Below the pieces are notes generated by a model, which saw only the letters and a list, made by a program, of their open reading frames with translations, was not told the origin of the DNA and ran no database searches. From a virus (taxonomy: Duplodnaviria > Heunggongvirae > Uroviricota > Caudoviricetes), in IMG/VR virus record IMGVR_UViG_3300006143_000002: a stretch of DNA of 64,000 bases. The stretch is one strand, 5' to 3'. The position numbers and the translations under genes are program-made. Of the stretch, positions 1 through 9,054 are shown piece by piece. The stretch's first letter is position 1. Each line of letters begins with the position of its first letter.

Positions 1-1292
1 ATTTGTGTACTTAATAACCCTGTATGTGTTGTACATTGTCTAAGTCTTGTTAATATAGACATTAGTGTTGTTGGTACATTTATTTTATCTAGCAATCTTC
101 CTCTAGGTACTAAATCTATCAATACATTTTTATTTTTTGATTCTATACCATTTAATTCATTTCTTATCTCTCCAGTAATCTCATCAAATACTTTCTGTTC
201 ATCGCTAGACATTTCAAGAATTTCATTTTTAAATACAACTGGTGGTAAGTCTTTAGCAACTTCCTCTTTAGTTCTTCTAATAAATGATTTATGTAATATA
301 GATTGTAATTCTTCTATATTTTGAAATCCACTAAAACCTCCGAATATATCTTTTATCAAATATCTTTCGCTGAAATTCCAAAAACTAGAGTTTATCAATC
401 CTACAACTCTCATAGGTACATATAAATTAAGTGGGTCTTTTACTACAAGTGTTCCTGACATACCTACTTTCATTGCTTTATCATCAAGTTTTATAAGCAT
501 TTTACTTTGTTGGGCTTTTGAATTTCTACACATGTGTATCTCATCTATAATTATTAAACCTAAATCTCCGTTTTCTATGTGTGTATTAAGTGCATCTACG
601 ATTGTATCTTTCAGTTTCTCTTCTTCTTTAGAAGCTCTCAACTTCTCTATATTTATTATCCAAAAGAACTCTTCAGGTTTATCTTTAATCTGTTCTTTTG
701 TTTCATTTATAGACATATCATATAACTTATTTTTAGTTTTTTCTGTTTTTCCATACCTAGTTCCTAATATAACAGCACTCTCATTTGTAAATTTCCCTAT
801 TTCATTTAACCAGTTATATTTCAGAGAATTTATGCAGCAAACTACTAAACAATGTTTTATTTTATTATCTTTTTTATAAATATTGGCTAATTGAATAGTT
901 TGGTATGATTTACCTAACCCCATTGTGTCTCCTAGTATCCAATTTCTGTGTCTTAAACCATATTTAATACCTTCTAACTGATATGGATATGGTTTAAATT
1001 TACCCCAATCATGTTCTTCTAATAACTTTGTAAGTTCTGCATCTGCTTTTCTTCTAGGTCTTTCGTTTAAATAATATATATCATTATTAAATAATGTTTG
1101 TATTTCTGTTAATATTTCTTCTGTATAGGGTACTTCCCATTCCTTATCATCTTTTAGATATGTACTATTCCAGAAGTTTTTAATTTTATCTTTATCCTCC
1201 CAAAATGTAGTACTTCCTTTTGGAAATTTTATAAACATACTATTTTGGGTTAAACTTTGGTTTTCTGCTGTACCAAATTCTAATATAATCAT
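1..1292 (-). CDS. SNF2/SWI2-family helicase (3' end runs off the window)
   Basis: Manual translation (absent from ORF track): MIILEFGTAE...YPYQLEGIKY...ILGDTMGLGKSYQTI (Walker A), LIIIDEIHMCRN (DExH), GMSGTLVVKDPLNLY, FIRRTKEEVAKDLPP; AAGGAG RBS upstream. Confidence 0.85.
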   Translation of the reverse strand, partial: MIILEFGTAENQSLTQNSMFIKFPKGSTTFWEDKDKIKNFWNSTYLKDDKEWEVPYTEEILTEIQTLFNNDIYYLNERPRRKADAELTKLLEEHDWGKFKPYPYQLEGIKYGLRHRNWILGDTMGLGKSYQTIQLANIYKKDNKIKHCLVVCCINSLKYNWLNEIGKFTNESAVILGTRYGKTEKTKNKLYDMSINETKEQIKDKPEEFFWIINIEKLRASKEEEKLKDTIVDALNTHIENGDLGLIIIDEIHMCRNSKAQQSKMLIKLDDKAMKVGMSGTLVVKDPLNLYVPMRVVGLINSSFWNFSERYLIKDIFGGFSGFQNIEELQSILHKSFIRRTKEEVAKDLPPVVFKNEILEMSSDEQKVFDEITGEIRNELNGIESKNKNVLIDLVPRGRLLDKINVPTTLMSILTRLRQCTTHTGLLSTQ

Positions 1293-1306
1293 TATAACCA
1301 TACTCC

Positions 1307-1639
1307 TTAATAATTATTTCTTATTTTTAATTCTTGTCCAATATGTAAATTTGCACTATCTAAATTGTTATCTTGCTCAATTATATATACAACTTCTCTA
1401 ACATCTCTATTTGTAGAAACATCTTCTGCAATATTCCATAGTCTATCTCCATCAGATACAATATATGTTGAGAAATCTCCTTCATATTTTAGAGATATAT
1501 TCCCACTTAACCAACTTGCAAAAGAAACAGTAAAACCTGTAATAATTGTAAATAATAGTATAGATTGTATAATTAACTTTCTTATTCTTTCCTTTCTTTT
1601 TCTTAATTGTACCTTTCTTTTAATTTCTCTTGTATTCAT
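1307..1639 (-). CDS. Membrane-anchored LysM protein, YneA-like cell-division inhibitor
   Basis: Basic N-terminus, one TM helix, C-terminal LysM (YIVSDGDRLWNIAE...NNLDSANLHIGQELKI); same architecture as YneA. Confidence 0.7.
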   Translation of the reverse strand: MNTREIKRKVQLRKRKERIRKLIIQSILLFTIITGFTVSFASWLSGNISLKYEGDFSTYIVSDGDRLWNIAEDVSTNRDVREVVYIIEQDNNLDSANLHIGQELKIRNNY

Positions 1640-1669
1640 TTTAAATCCTCCTTTGTTTTATCTGTTACT

Positions 1670-1698
1670 ATAATACTATAAGTTTTAAAATATGTCAA
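1670..1698 (-). promoter_or_regulatory. Class I (sigmaA-type) promoter
   Basis: TTGACA-TATTTTAAAACTTATAG(17)-TATTAT on minus strand. Confidence 0.85.
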
Positions 1699-1740
1699 GT
1701 ATTTTTGAAAAATTTTTAAATAAATTTTAAAATATGATAA

Positions 1741-1764
1741 AAGAGTAGCTTAATAACTACTCTT
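1741..1764 (-). terminator. Intrinsic terminator
   Basis: AAGAGTAG/CTACTCTT stem followed by T-run on minus strand. Confidence 0.7.
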
Positions 1765-2434
1765 CTAAACTATTTGATAAATTTTCATTATTTTTTATAA
1801 TGGACTTTATATCATAGTCATCTAATTGTCCTACCCTCCATGATTCTATATTATTATTCAATACATTTCTAATTTCACCAATAGGAATAGAAGTATCTCT
1901 ATCATATATGATAATCTTACTACAATAACCAACATACTTCAATCGTATAATACAATTTGTCTTTTCTTCTATTTTACTTAATTGCTTAGATATAAAATCT
2001 AATTTTTTTGTATCTATCATATTTCTATACTTATTACATTTACATACTAATTCTTTATTCTCTGCTGATTCTAATTCATCTTTTAATACTTGTAATTCAT
2101 ACTCTTTATGCTTAATACTTTGTTTCAATAACCCACTTTTACTATATGTTATCGGATGTGTCTTTCTGTAAGAACCACCTTTTTGAAATTTTGGTATTTC
2201 TGCTATAAATTCTTTTCTTTCCTCTATGGATAATTTTTCTGATTCCCTACCATCCATAAATGCCCAAGTTTCATTTCCTTTTCTAAAATCTAACCAAAGC
2301 ATTTGTACTTTAAATATCTCTGGTTTTCCAGTTCTTTGATATTCAAATGTATATACAACATTTGATTTTCTTCCTTTAGGTGTTTTTGATATTATTGTAA
2401 AATTACCTATTTCTATAACTTTTTTTCTACTCAT
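1757..2434 (-). CDS. Hypothetical protein
   Basis: 225-aa ORF in operon orientation; no motif recognised. Confidence 0.65.
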   Translation of the reverse strand: MSRKKVIEIGNFTIISKTPKGRKSNVVYTFEYQRTGKPEIFKVQMLWLDFRKGNETWAFMDGRESEKLSIEERKEFIAEIPKFQKGGSYRKTHPITYSKSGLLKQSIKHKEYELQVLKDELESAENKELVCKCNKYRNMIDTKKLDFISKQLSKIEEKTNCIIRLKYVGYCSKIIIYDRDTSIPIGEIRNVLNNNIESWRVGQLDDYDIKSIIKNNENLSNSLEE

Positions 2435-2483
2435 AATAACATATCCCCTTTAATAATTGTACTGAAGGTTAATAACCTTTAAA

Positions 2484-2885
2484 TTATCCTAATACTTTCT
2501 TTTTATTAGAAACCTTATCAATAATATTGATTTTAGGTTTTTGACTTTCTTTTAAATAAATCTCTATATATAATAAACCATCTATCGCTTCTTTCTCAAT
2601 ATGGTCTACCATATCAGGATTTATAGAAAATCTACTTCTAATACTATAATTAGAACCATTTACTCCATTTTTAGTTTCCCCAGAAATGAATAAATAAGTA
2701 ATTCCTTTTATAGTTTCGATAGTTACATTAATATCTTCAGGTTTTATACCTAAAGCCTCATGTACTATTATTGATTTCTTTTCCTCATTCTTTATAGTAT
2801 AAGGTTTTTTAACAGATGTTACTCTGTTTGTTTGTAGAAAATCTGGGTCAAACCCAAATAAATCACTTACAAATCTTTCTATCAT
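2484..2885 (-). CDS. Small heat-shock protein (Hsp20/alpha-crystallin family)
   Basis: ALGIKPEDINVTI...LFISGE...EAIDGLLYIEI pattern; start placed at ATG after AAAGGAGG. Confidence 0.7.
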   Translation of the reverse strand: MIERFVSDLFGFDPDFLQTNRVTSVKKPYTIKNEEKKSIIVHEALGIKPEDINVTIETIKGITYLFISGETKNGVNGSNYSIRSRFSINPDMVDHIEKEAIDGLLYIEIYLKESQKPKINIIDKVSNKKKVLG

Positions 2886-2954
2886 AATAATTCCTCCTTT
2901 AATTGTAACCTTTTCTAGCCACAATATTTAAAAATTTATTTATATAATAGGTTA

Positions 2955-5066
2955 TTAACCTTCAATACCGAAACTTAATAATTTAATAAAACTATCTTTA
3001 GTCAAAGCTTCTAAACTAAAATCAAAATCAACAGGTACTTCTTCTTTCCTAAAATACATCTCATCACCTGTATATGTTATTCCTTTTTCATCTGCTTCTT
3101 CTTGTTTAATTAAATTCATATTTTCATCTAATACATAAGATACTTCAACAGGAATTGTTGGTCCATCTACAATTCTAGCACCACTTTCAATAAGCATTAA
3201 TCCTAAATCTAATTGTGTTTGAGTTTGTATTTTTATAAAATTTCTTAATTTTTCTTCAAACTGTTTATTTCCTGATACACTTGAATTTGAAGTAACTAAA
3301 TCTGTAAATGTGAAATTGATATTACTATCATTAATATCTAAAATACCTATAACCTGTTCTGCTTTTCCTAATTCCATTTCCATTGGTATTTTTGCTATAA
3401 TAGAATTAGGGTCTACTACAAAATTTTTATTCAAGCTATCTTTATCTAAATAGTAACCAGATGCTATAATTAATTCATATTTTAGAGGTCCAACATCTCT
3501 TGTATAGTTATTTAATTTAAGATTAAATGTTGTATTTTCCACATCATTACTAATATACATGAATTCAGATGCTCCTAGTGGTAAAGGTGCATTCGTATTA
3601 TCTCCTGTAAATAATATATCATCATCTTTTCTATATGAAGTATTCCATCCAAGATTATATTTTTCAGATGTTAAATGTAAATCTATATCTGTTCTCACTT
3701 CTTTATTATCGTCTTTGTAATTACACCAATGAATACCCACTAATAAAGGTTGCTTATTAAATAATATCTTAGTACCAAATGGAATATTACCTACAAATTG
3801 TTTTTCAGATTGTGGTAATTTATATAAAACATTATGAGGAATATATACAGTTTTTCCACTTACATTCTCTTTCAAATAATTTTTAATAATATTCTTTAGT
3901 AATAATATATCAAAACTATCAACTGACTTATAATTTATTTTATCTTTTATAAATATCTTATTGTTTCTTATTTTATACATACTATAATCTAAGTTGCTAC
4001 ATTTAATATACTCTAAATAGTTCAATAATTTTATTGCAGTATATACTCCTGAATCCTTAACCTTATCTGTAACTATTTTTATATAGTCATCATTTGATTT
4101 TAGATTTTTTTTCAATCTATCTAAATAATCTATAAAATTATTCAAATCATTTGTTGGCATTGGTTTATGGTAGTCTTTACTCAATCGCATAATATGATTT
4201 ATAATTTTATTTATTCTCTTAATGGCATTCAAATCTTCTTCTTTGTAATAGTTTGAAATTGATGGTTGTACTTTTCTTTTCATAGAAATAAATAAATCTT
4301 TAAATCTATTATATGTTTCTGCTAATGGAATAAATCCATATAATTCATTATATCTATCTAAAACTTTTATTAGCTCTTTCTCATCAATAAATCTAATTGC
4401 TCTTTTTGTTTCTTCATCTTTTATTAGTAATGTTTTATTACAATATTTTGCAAGTATGTATCTTAAAAATTCATCGCCTCTCTTAGGTAATATATTAAAC
4501 TTACTACATAAAGCAATCTTTATCTCTTTATTTTTTATATCTGTAAAGTATCCATCTGTGTTTTTGTGCATATCAATATTTATGTAATCACTTAAATTCA
4601 TTATATCATTTACTGTTGTTTTAGATAGTGCTAAATTCTGTGTAACCAAGTTATTTATTCTCAATATAAGTTCATCTTCTGTTATAGGTTTAATAACAAT
4701 TAATTTAGTATCTTCCTTTAATTCAGGTACTTCTAATTTTTCTTTTGGTATTATAACATTATCCGAACTATACACACCTAATGCTTCTGCTCCATAAGTA
4801 GTAAAATAATGTAATAATTGCTCATAATATAATTGTTCTATATCTGCATTTGCTACTTTAAATAATGACTTATGAAATGTTTGGTTTAATTCTTCTCCAT
4901 TTCTACCATATTGTTTTATAGCCTCATCTATAATATTATTAGGAACATCCTTAGATATAAAAACACCATATTTTAATGCTTTTTCATTAGGGATATCTGA
5001 TAAATTTTTAGAATTCTTTACTACAACACTTTTAAATAACCTTAATGTACTTTCAAACATACTCAT
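2955..5066 (-). CDS. Large conserved phage protein, possible C-terminal TerD-like domain
   Basis: 703 aa; NQTFHKS...EQLLHYFTTYG N-terminal motif; C-terminal GIHW...DIDLHL...GWN...FTGDNTNAPLPLGASE resembles the TerD fold (from memory, unverified). Confidence 0.5.
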   Translation of the reverse strand: MSMFESTLRLFKSVVVKNSKNLSDIPNEKALKYGVFISKDVPNNIIDEAIKQYGRNGEELNQTFHKSLFKVANADIEQLYYEQLLHYFTTYGAEALGVYSSDNVIIPKEKLEVPELKEDTKLIVIKPITEDELILRINNLVTQNLALSKTTVNDIMNLSDYINIDMHKNTDGYFTDIKNKEIKIALCSKFNILPKRGDEFLRYILAKYCNKTLLIKDEETKRAIRFIDEKELIKVLDRYNELYGFIPLAETYNRFKDLFISMKRKVQPSISNYYKEEDLNAIKRINKIINHIMRLSKDYHKPMPTNDLNNFIDYLDRLKKNLKSNDDYIKIVTDKVKDSGVYTAIKLLNYLEYIKCSNLDYSMYKIRNNKIFIKDKINYKSVDSFDILLLKNIIKNYLKENVSGKTVYIPHNVLYKLPQSEKQFVGNIPFGTKILFNKQPLLVGIHWCNYKDDNKEVRTDIDLHLTSEKYNLGWNTSYRKDDDILFTGDNTNAPLPLGASEFMYISNDVENTTFNLKLNNYTRDVGPLKYELIIASGYYLDKDSLNKNFVVDPNSIIAKIPMEMELGKAEQVIGILDINDSNINFTFTDLVTSNSSVSGNKQFEEKLRNFIKIQTQTQLDLGLMLIESGARIVDGPTIPVEVSYVLDENMNLIKQEEADEKGITYTGDEMYFRKEEVPVDFDFSLEALTKDSFIKLLSFGIEG

Positions 5067-5079
5067 AAAACTACCTCCA

Positions 5080-5535
5080 CTATAATAGAAAACTTTGTTC
5101 TATTAATTTTTTAATTATTTCTATTGATTCTTTTCTAGTAAATCCCACTTTCATCAGATACTTTAATTGCATTAAGCAAGTATCTGCATTAAAAAGTAAT
5201 AATTCATGTAATGCTTCTGGTCTTTTTTGAAACAGATGACTATTATTTAAGTAATCTTCTATAATTGTTTCTTCATCATATTCATAATCATCACTGTCAT
5301 ATTCAATATCTGTTTCATCATATACAACATCTTTAATTGGCTTTTTATTAACTTTTGTAGTTTTACCAATTTCAGATAACCACATATTATAACCAAATAT
5401 AGAATATAAATCTAATACTCTCTTACAATTAGGGCATATAACCTCTCTACTTGGTTGTTCAATAACTTTTGTTATATCTACATCACATACAGGACATTTT
5501 AATATATAATATTCACTATTAGACAAACTAATCAC
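5080..5535 (-). CDS. Zn-ribbon protein
   Basis: CPVC...CPNC at N-terminus, acidic middle. Confidence 0.6.
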   Translation of the reverse strand: MISLSNSEYYILKCPVCDVDITKVIEQPSREVICPNCKRVLDLYSIFGYNMWLSEIGKTTKVNKKPIKDVVYDETDIEYDSDDYEYDEETIIEDYLNNSHLFQKRPEALHELLLFNADTCLMQLKYLMKVGFTRKESIEIIKKLIEQSFLL

Positions 5536-5542
5536 AACCCAT

Positions 5543-5860
5543 CTATTTACTTTCTACTAATTTTTGTAAACTTTCAATAAACTTTTTCATTGATGGTTCT
5601 TCTACTACAATATCATAATATGTATAATCTTTCCCTCTCAAAATACACCATATCTTTTTTAATTTTAACTTTATCACTTCAATAATATTTAGATTATCAT
5701 ATCTTGATTTTGATTTAAGTATAAAATAATATTCATTAGGTGCATTTACATTTACTCCTTTTTCAACTTCCAGTTCACATCTATCTACACAAGCACATCT
5801 CAATATAACATTATTAATGTCACAATTAGAATCTCCTTCTACATAACCAAATAAAGACAT
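5543..5860 (-). CDS. Hypothetical protein
   Basis: 105-aa ORF, translationally coupled to neighbours. Confidence 0.6.
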   Translation of the reverse strand: MSLFGYVEGDSNCDINNVILRCACVDRCELEVEKGVNVNAPNEYYFILKSKSRYDNLNIIEVIKLKLKKIWCILRGKDYTYYDIVVEEPSMKKFIESLQKLVESK

Positions 5861-6063
5861 TATTTACCCCTTCCTTTCATTATCTTTTCAATTTTTTTAT
5901 CTAACTCCACCTCTAAATTATCATCTTCAAAATAAAAAATATCACTTTGCATTCTTGGTGGTGCAAAATTAACAAGTAATTGACCCAATCTGGTATCAGG
6001 TTCATTTATCCAAATTGCTTCTATTTTCTCCAATATTCTTGGTATTCGTTCTGGATTTCTCAT
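5860..6063 (-). CDS. Small conserved phage protein (MRNPERI...RLGQL family)
   Basis: MRNPERIPRILEKIEAIW...DTRLGQLL motif common in phages; GAGGT RBS. Confidence 0.65.
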   Translation of the reverse strand: MRNPERIPRILEKIEAIWINEPDTRLGQLLVNFAPPRMQSDIFYFEDDNLEVELDKKIEKIMKGRGK

Positions 6064-6077
6064 AATATACCTCACTT

Positions 6078-6090
6078 AATATAACATCTT
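6078..6090 (-). promoter_or_regulatory. Class II promoter (AAGATGTT extended -10)
   Basis: AAGATGTTATATT just upstream of RBS. Confidence 0.65.
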
Positions 6091-6100
6091 TATAATATAG

Positions 6101-6131
6101 AAAAACCAAAATCATAATGAAATTGGTTTTT
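6101..6131 (-). terminator. Terminator-like hairpin
   Basis: AAAAACCAA...TTGGTTTTT inverted repeat. Confidence 0.5.
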
Positions 6132-6250
6132 AATAAATTATTTAAAATTAAAGAAGCAATATTGCGATGAAGAGTAACAACTGCTTGATTATCAACCATT
6201 CTAACTAAAATTAGAATATGGGTCAATAATCTGATAAATTTTCATCTTTT

Positions 6251-6569
6251 AAATAGGAACTCTTTTAATCTTTCCTTTACCAAATAACTCTTCACTCATC
6301 CTATTTCTACATAACATGATTTTCAAAAGCTCATGGAAAACCTCTCCGAAAAAGGAACTCTTGCAAGAGAAATTATAATAAATTCTAATATTGCTTATAT
6401 GTCTGGTGAGAAGTATTCTGTGCTATTTTCCACAATGGGAAATAGTCACATTTGTACCCAATGTTTTTTATTGTTGAATAGGAACTTCTTTAACCAAGAC
6501 TTTATATTATAGGTGAGAAGTATTGTTAAGATATTATCAGTATCTCTCTAATAGGAACTTCTTTAACCA
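6251..6569. repeat. Non-coding region with dispersed direct repeats and hairpins
   Basis: AATAGGAACTTCTTTAACCA exact at 6477-6496 and 6550-6569; variants AATAGGAACTC (~6252) and AAAGGAACTC (~6351); GGTGAGAAGTATT at ~6405 and ~6512; hairpin ~6420-6450. Confidence 0.75.
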
Positions 6570-6579
6570 TATAACCAAT

Positions 6580-6783
6580 CTAATAAATTTCTTTTACATA
6601 TATTATAACATCTGTAATAACATCGAATGTAGTATCATCTACAACATGTGTTACATATTCTACAATAAATCTATGTTCACCAATATCTATAAATTCTTTA
6701 TACTGTGGAATATGATTACTTAATATAACATACATATCTTCATTATCTTTTTTTGTTCTTATTCTTAATTGCATCATCACCAA
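6580..6783 (-). CDS. Small hypothetical protein
   Basis: 67-aa ORF in operon. Confidence 0.5.
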   Translation of the reverse strand: MVMMQLRIRTKKDNEDMYVILSNHIPQYKEFIDIGEHRFIVEYVTHVVDDTTFDVITDVIIYVKEIY

Positions 6784-6967
6784 CTCCTAACATCTTTTGT
6801 AGTTTTTCTACTTCTATGTTTCCTGTTTTTTGATGTAAATAATTTAAAACAGTTTTTACCCTAGTTTTATCTTTATGTTTTTGATATAGTCTTATTATAT
6901 ATTTTATTGAAAATACTATCAATATTAATAATAATTCAACCATAACTAAAATCTTCATTATAATCAC
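6743..6967 (-). CDS. Small membrane protein
   Basis: N-terminal hydrophobic helix followed by basic residues. Confidence 0.55.
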   Translation of the reverse strand: MIIMKILVMVELLLILIVFSIKYIIRLYQKHKDKTRVKTVLNYLHQKTGNIEVEKLQKMLGVGDDAIKNKNKKR

Positions 6968-6968
6968 C

Positions 6969-7511
6969 TTATTCAGTCAAAACCTTATCCTTCATGTAAT
7001 CATCTACATATCTAACAAAGAATGATTCTAAATGATTTCTATATTCAATATCATTTAATAAGTCTGTAACATTCATTTTGTATCTATTAAGATTACTTCT
7101 TGCAAATGCCTGAATTGTTTGTTTTATATATATGTCTTTGGAATCTAATATAAATCCTTTTGAAACTGGTTCCTTTCTATTTTGATTTATATTGTCCAAT
7201 AGAAACTTAAATATCATTTTATACATATTTATTTTTTCTTCATTACTATATATAACATCCAATTCAGGAAATTGTACTATATAAGCATTAGAAACTTCTT
7301 TATTAGTTTCAATTTGAAATGGTACTAAATCATTTTTATTTAATATTTCTTCCATCTCATGAATTGCAGCATTTATATCTCCGTCAATAGGTGTTCTACA
7401 TTCAAAAGTTATACCATCAAACTTTTTAAATAGGATAGTAAGTTTTGATTCCTTCTTAATATTTTCTATAATACCTTCTACATTATGCTTCCACACATCA
7501 TTACTATTCAT
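6969..7511 (-). CDS. Hypothetical protein
   Basis: 180-aa ORF with GAGGTG RBS. Confidence 0.65.
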   Translation of the reverse strand: MNSNDVWKHNVEGIIENIKKESKLTILFKKFDGITFECRTPIDGDINAAIHEMEEILNKNDLVPFQIETNKEVSNAYIVQFPELDVIYSNEEKINMYKMIFKFLLDNINQNRKEPVSKGFILDSKDIYIKQTIQAFARSNLNRYKMNVTDLLNDIEYRNHLESFFVRYVDDYMKDKVLTE

Positions 7512-7523
7512 ATTAACACCTCT

Positions 7524-7536
7524 ATATTAACATCTT
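7524..7536 (-). promoter_or_regulatory. Class II promoter
   Basis: AAGATGTTAATAT upstream of 7511 start. Confidence 0.6.
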
Positions 7537-8209
7537 ATTTTGCATTATATTCTTCTTTCAAATAGTCAGGTATATCTTTTGGGTCTACTTCTTTTTCTAT
7601 ATTTCCTTCAAAATTAGTAGATTTTGTAGATACATCTTCTGCACCATTTATTACACTTTTTAATGCCTCTGCTTCATCTGGTGTTAATGTACTTCCATCA
7701 TTCTTATGTGGTTTTGCTAGTTCTGGTTCAGGTACTTTTGATACTATTTTTTTAACATCTTTTACTGCTGTTTCTTTACCTAATTCAGATTCAGCAAATT
7801 CTTTATAAGGTGTCACTAAATCTTTTTCCATTGCTTTGCTAACTGCTTTATGTGCCTTTTGTTTTACTTCTTCACTAATTCCTGTCTTATCTTCTACTGT
7901 GCTATCTTCAACAGGTTCTGTTTCTGTATTATCTATTTTACTATCAGATAACATTCCATTTGTTACTAATGTTGGGTCTTTCCCTTCTTCCATATCAACT
8001 ATTGCAGTATAAGCCCCTCTTAATCTTTCAATACCTATTGTAATTTCTTGTATTTTAGTATTGTATTCATCAACAAGTATTTTTTCTTGATTTTTTATTT
8101 CATTAAATTGTCTTTGGTATAATTCTTGTGTTGCTTCTGCAACATCTCTTAACCTATTAATTTCATCCTCATATTTTTTCTTTGTTTCTTCTATCAAACT
8201 ATTTGACAT
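7535..8209 (-). CDS. Coiled-coil protein with acidic, low-complexity C-terminus
   Basis: Heptad-rich N-half, E/K/D-rich C-half. Confidence 0.65.
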   Translation of the reverse strand: MSNSLIEETKKKYEDEINRLRDVAEATQELYQRQFNEIKNQEKILVDEYNTKIQEITIGIERLRGAYTAIVDMEEGKDPTLVTNGMLSDSKIDNTETEPVEDSTVEDKTGISEEVKQKAHKAVSKAMEKDLVTPYKEFAESELGKETAVKDVKKIVSKVPEPELAKPHKNDGSTLTPDEAEALKSVINGAEDVSTKSTNFEGNIEKEVDPKDIPDYLKEEYNAK

Positions 8210-8242
8210 TTTACATCTACCTTTCTTTAAAATCTTACATTA

Positions 8243-8255
8243 TATATAACATCTT
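8243..8255 (-). promoter_or_regulatory. Class II promoter
   Basis: AAGATGTTATATA upstream of 8209 start. Confidence 0.6.
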
Positions 8256-8899
8256 TAATTATAATCTAAATCTGATAATCTCTCTTGTAGCATAACTTTT
8301 ACTTTTCTAATCAAAGATGTTCCAACAAGTTTAGATAAATTATTTAACTCTTGTTTAGTTTCCTGCTGATTTTTATATAAGATTTGTTCATTTAAACACA
8401 TATAAGCAGTCTTTATAACTCTTTTTGAAACTTTAAGTTCCTCTGCTATGTCATCTAATATATAAACAATATCTTGTTTCAAATCTTTTAAATTTTCTTG
8501 TTCTTCCATCCTGTCTATATTACTATAATCATCTTCTAATACATCCATTAATGCTATTGGAAGATTTCCTTCATCTAATCCATCAACAACAGAAAATTCA
8601 TCTAAACTAAACGCAATACTTGGTTGTCTGTCTTTCTCTTTCTGTTCTTCTATAAATCTATTTGTCATTATTCTCCAAGCCAATGTTGAAAGTTGAAAAC
8701 CTTTTGATGGCTTGTAATGAACACATGCTCTCCACAATCCTTCATAAGCAATTTGCAATGCATGGTCAAACTCCCAATATCCTGTTTTATAATATTTCTT
8801 TGCAAAACTTTCAGCAAGTGCTTTATTTTTTTCAAATAGTTCTAGAGCCTCATCATGTGTAAGCTCCAGACTATTGTTACCATCTTCTGAATTACTCAT
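8255..8899 (-). CDS. Phage sigma70-family sigma factor (region 2 clear, region 4 divergent)
   Basis: LFEKNKALAESFAKKY...DHALQIAYEGLWRACVHYKPSKGFQLSTLAWRIMTN matches sigma region 2; SLDE region-3 motif; start set at MSNSEDG. Confidence 0.75.
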   Translation of the reverse strand: MSNSEDGNNSLELTHDEALELFEKNKALAESFAKKYYKTGYWEFDHALQIAYEGLWRACVHYKPSKGFQLSTLAWRIMTNRFIEEQKEKDRQPSIAFSLDEFSVVDGLDEGNLPIALMDVLEDDYSNIDRMEEQENLKDLKQDIVYILDDIAEELKVSKRVIKTAYMCLNEQILYKNQQETKQELNNLSKLVGTSLIRKVKVMLQERLSDLDYN

Positions 8900-9007
8900 A
8901 ACAATACCCCCATAAGATATACACATAATGTTCTAAAATCATATAAAGTATTCTCTAAGGAGATAATATAGTATTCAAAAATAGTGTAATTAAAACATCT
9001 TCTATAT

Positions 9008-9020
9008 ATTATAACATCTT
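9008..9020 (-). promoter_or_regulatory. Class II promoter upstream of the sigma gene
   Basis: AAGATGTTATAAT, with a second copy AAGATGTTTTAAT about 19 nt downstream. Confidence 0.7.
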
Positions 9021-9054
9021 TTAATGTAAAATTTTATAAATATATGTAAAATAT

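Noticed and set aside
6002-6226. 74-aa minus-strand ORF
   Set aside because: No RBS; it runs across a terminator, a promoter and the next gene's start
6476-6488. GAATAGGAACTTC is an exact match to one 13-bp Flp-binding arm of the yeast FRT site
   Set aside because: No inverted partner arm with an 8-bp spacer, no vector sequence nearby, and it is one member of a native degenerate repeat family; treated as coincidence
6251-6569. Possible phage mini-CRISPR array
   Set aside because: Only two exact 20-bp copies, irregular spacing (about 100, 125 and 73 bp), no cas genes, and the repeats pair with intervening sequence
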